From Squalus acanthias (lineage: Eukaryota), in the NCBI GenBank assembly GCA_030390025.1, contig CM059431.1, positions 139,750,001 to 139,814,000 on the forward strand: a DNA stretch of 64,000 bases, written 5' to 3'. Numbering within the stretch: position 1 is the first letter of the stretch; each line of letters begins with the position of its first letter. The translations under genes were made by a program, and so were the position numbers. The notes below the pieces were generated by a model that saw only the letters and a program-made list of their open reading frames with translations, did not search any database and was not told the DNA's origin. Below, one piece after another: positions 61,240 to 64,000 of the stretch.

Positions 61240-61810
61240 GGTATTGTGTCACTGGAAAAGAGGAGGTTGAGAGGTGATATGATCCCTCTTTTTAGGATCC
61301 TAATGGGACTAGATAATGTATGACCATGAGAGGTTAGTTCACCTTGCGCAAAAACAGTAGAGCCAGAGCATATGACCTGCACTTGAAGGGGTTAAATTCA
61401 AAACGAATCTGCGTAATCAACATTTCAGTGAGCGAGTGGTCAATCTATGCAACAGGCTTCCTGGGGAGACGGAGGGAGTAATTAGTATTGATACATTGAA
61501 ATGAAAATTAGATAGATTTCTTTCAGAAAATCAAATTTTGGGATAGAGTATATGGGTAATTTGAGACATGACCTGTGGTTTTTGTAGCATGCTTGGGAGA
61601 AACAGGTAATATTTTGGACCTATGATACCCAAAGCTCTCCACCACTGAGGGTTTTCCTCACCTCATGTCTGGGTCTGTTGTAGACTAATTGATAAAGATC
61701 GATTGCAATTAACAGTCAACAACTCCATTATCGCGGTATCGTATGACTAGCTGGATGGTAGAAAGCGAGCTTAGATGGCCCTAAGTATTTAGTCGGCTAA
61801 CAATTTCTAT
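61240..61810 (+). mobile_element. CR1-clade 3' fragment (distinct family; related piece at ~46260-46420)
   Basis: tcactggaaaagaggaggttgagaggtgatatgatc (SLEKRRLRGDMI) and ttcagtgagcgagtggtcaatcta (FSERVVNL). Confidence 0.75.
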
Positions 61811-62804
61811 GTTCGTAAAGAAACCACCTTGTTCACCTTCACTGCAACCGGGATATTGACCTGATGTTGAGGTATTGTATGTAAAGTTCAGGCAGAGTAG
61901 GGACATTTTTACCTTCTCTCAGATCCATGTGCTCTTTGACTAGTCACCCATGATTACTGGCGATGACTCAGAAAGAAACAAATTCGTGGACTCACAATTC
62001 AAATGCTCCATATGTTTCACTTTTAAGTCGACGTTTGAAAAATGTAGGCATGCTGTTCAACGCTAACCTCCTTGACATCGATATATAATTATTATCAGAA
62101 AACACTGAGCGGCCTTGATTAGATTCACACCCTTATGAGTTTGAACAATGGTGGATGGGAACATCCCTCAGCCTTGTTCCATTCAGCAGTGAAATATTAA
62201 TGAATCAACACCCTCGCCAGTTAACTTGACCTTGCCAACAAGTCCAAAATGTCATGTTAAGAACAATTGGAGCATAATTGCTCAATGGAAACAATCCATC
62301 AATCGACAGAAATGGGCTTTATTTTTCCGCATTACCTTGTAAAGCATGAGGGCAGAATAAATATCTGAGATAAAAATTTATGCAATTATATTGCCTTTAT
62401 CTTACATGTTAGCCTCATCGTGCACCTGGAAGGATAGTTTCCTCTGATTGTTATTACTAATAAAATCATGAATGCCTGCTTTCAAAACGCTTTTATACGT
62501 ATTGCTTGAAATGTGAATTTAGAAATTCCTCCCGCCGTATTCACAATGTCCGTAACGACCGACAGAAATCCATATAGTCCATTATATTCTAAAGCATTAA
62601 TCTGATTTCAGAATAGTTGTAATGGATATTTCTAAATTTTTAAATTGCTCTTGATGCAACGTTACTACAATTACAGAATCGCATTCAACTAGAATGGCAA
62701 GTTATAGCAGTGTGGAGCGCAGCACCATCAGGAGAGGACAGTCCAACTACTTTCCGGAGCTTCACAGAGTTTGATGTCTGTACTCGCCCAAGGCTTTCAC
62801 CAGA

Positions 62805-63200
62805 ATAGAGAAGGCCGAGGTGTGACCTGATAGGAGTCTTTAAGATTATGAAACTTTCGATAGATTAGATGGAGAGAAAATGTTTATACTTATCGGAGTG
62901 TCCATAACGAGGAGCCATCAATATAAGATAGTCACAAATAAATCCAATAGGGAATTCAGGAGCAACTTATTTACCCAGAGTTTGGTTAGAATGTGGAACT
63001 TGCTATAATATTGAGTATTTGAGGCAATTAGTATGCATGCATTTTAGGGGAAGCTGTATAAACACAAGAGACAGAAAGAATAAAAGGATATGCAGGCAGC
63101 ATCAAATGAAGAGGGGTTGGAAGAGGTTCGTCTGGAGCATAAAGGCCGACACCGGTCAGTTAGGCCGAGTGGGTTCTTTCTGTGCTATAAACTCTATATA
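62805..63200 (+). mobile_element. CR1 3' fragment
   Basis: agaaggccgaggtgtgacctgata..., tttacccagagtttggttagaatgtggaact and CR1-type tail. Confidence 0.78.
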
Positions 63201-63224
63201 ACTCTCTGTCACGAAACCAGATGG

Positions 63225-63920
63225 ACAGCGATCTGTTCAATGAACACAGTCCGCTGCTCAGTCTCTCGGACTCCCATGTGTTGCTCAGCTTCAAATTCTC
63301 CCTGGAAGCAAATTGAAAAGTTGTCTCAGGCTCAGCATTGTAATATTAACGTGCCTTTTCAAAGCTGTCCTGGCCAACATCCCATCTTGCAATCTCCGTG
63401 AACTTGAGCTCATCCAAAACTCTGTTGCCCGTATCCTAACTCGCACCAAGACCCGTTCGCTCATCACCCCTGTGCTCGCTCACCTATTTTCGCTCCCGGT
63501 CAGGCAACACATCGATTTTAAAACTCTCAACTTTTTTTTTCAAATGCCTCCATGGCCTCGCCCTTCCCTATCTCAGTTACCTCCTCCCGTCCTACAACTC
63601 TCCGAGACCTCTGCACTCGACCAATTCGGGCCTCTTGCGCATCCCTGATTCCAATCGCTCCACCATTGGCATTCGTGCCTTCAGCTGCCGAGGTCCTAAG
63701 CTCTCGAATTCCCTCCCTAAACCTCTCCGCTCTTTAACTCTCTATTTCCTTCTTTAAAACACTCCTTAATGCCTGCCTATTCGATCAAGCTTTTGATCAC
63801 CTGTCCTATTATCTCATTATGTGTCTTTGTGTTAAATTCTAGTCTGAAGACGATCCTGTGGATGTCTTGGACGTTTCATTACATTAAAGTCGCTGCTTAA
63901 ATGCAATTTGTTATTGTTGT
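63225..63920 (+). mobile_element. L2-clade LINE 3' fragment
   Basis: LELIQNSVARILTRTKTRSLITPVLAHLFSLPVRQHIDFK; tail ending ttgttattgttgttg. Confidence 0.87.
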
Positions 63921-64000
63921 TGTGTCTGTGTGTCCATAGATGCTGAATGTTTGCAGCATTTTCTGGTTTAACTTCACAATTAAAGCAACATAAATTTAGT

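Overview
Repeat-dense vertebrate genomic DNA, most likely a cartilaginous fish. This is inferred from the mix of CR1/L2/RTE/Penelope/Deu-SINE repeats and the GPR139-like receptors. It is not prokaryotic and has no CRISPR array. Main contents: (1) A ~9 kb PIF/Harbinger complex (23093-31928). It holds a two-gene element with an open 382-aa HARBI1-type DDE transposase and a convergent four-exon Myb/SANT partner gene broken by frameshifts and nested LINEs, plus three ~0.7 kb MITEs. A second, decayed Harbinger copy lies at 43505-46113. (2) A tandem duplication carrying an intact two-exon GPR139-like GPCR (48773-51253, with a TATA+Inr promoter) and a pseudogene paralog (39108-39996). (3) A CpG-island promoter (9640-10620) split by a young, TSD-flanked Penelope-like insert with two minimal hammerhead-ribozyme motifs 268 nt apart; a second hammerhead-bearing insert lies at 3153-3300. 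(4) Two large satellites (22-bp unit, ~11.3 kb; 26-bp unit, ~5.1 kb) with higher-order duplications, and many minisatellites. (5) A tRNA-Lys(TTT) pseudogene. All alignments were made by eye, so degraded repeat boundaries are approximate.
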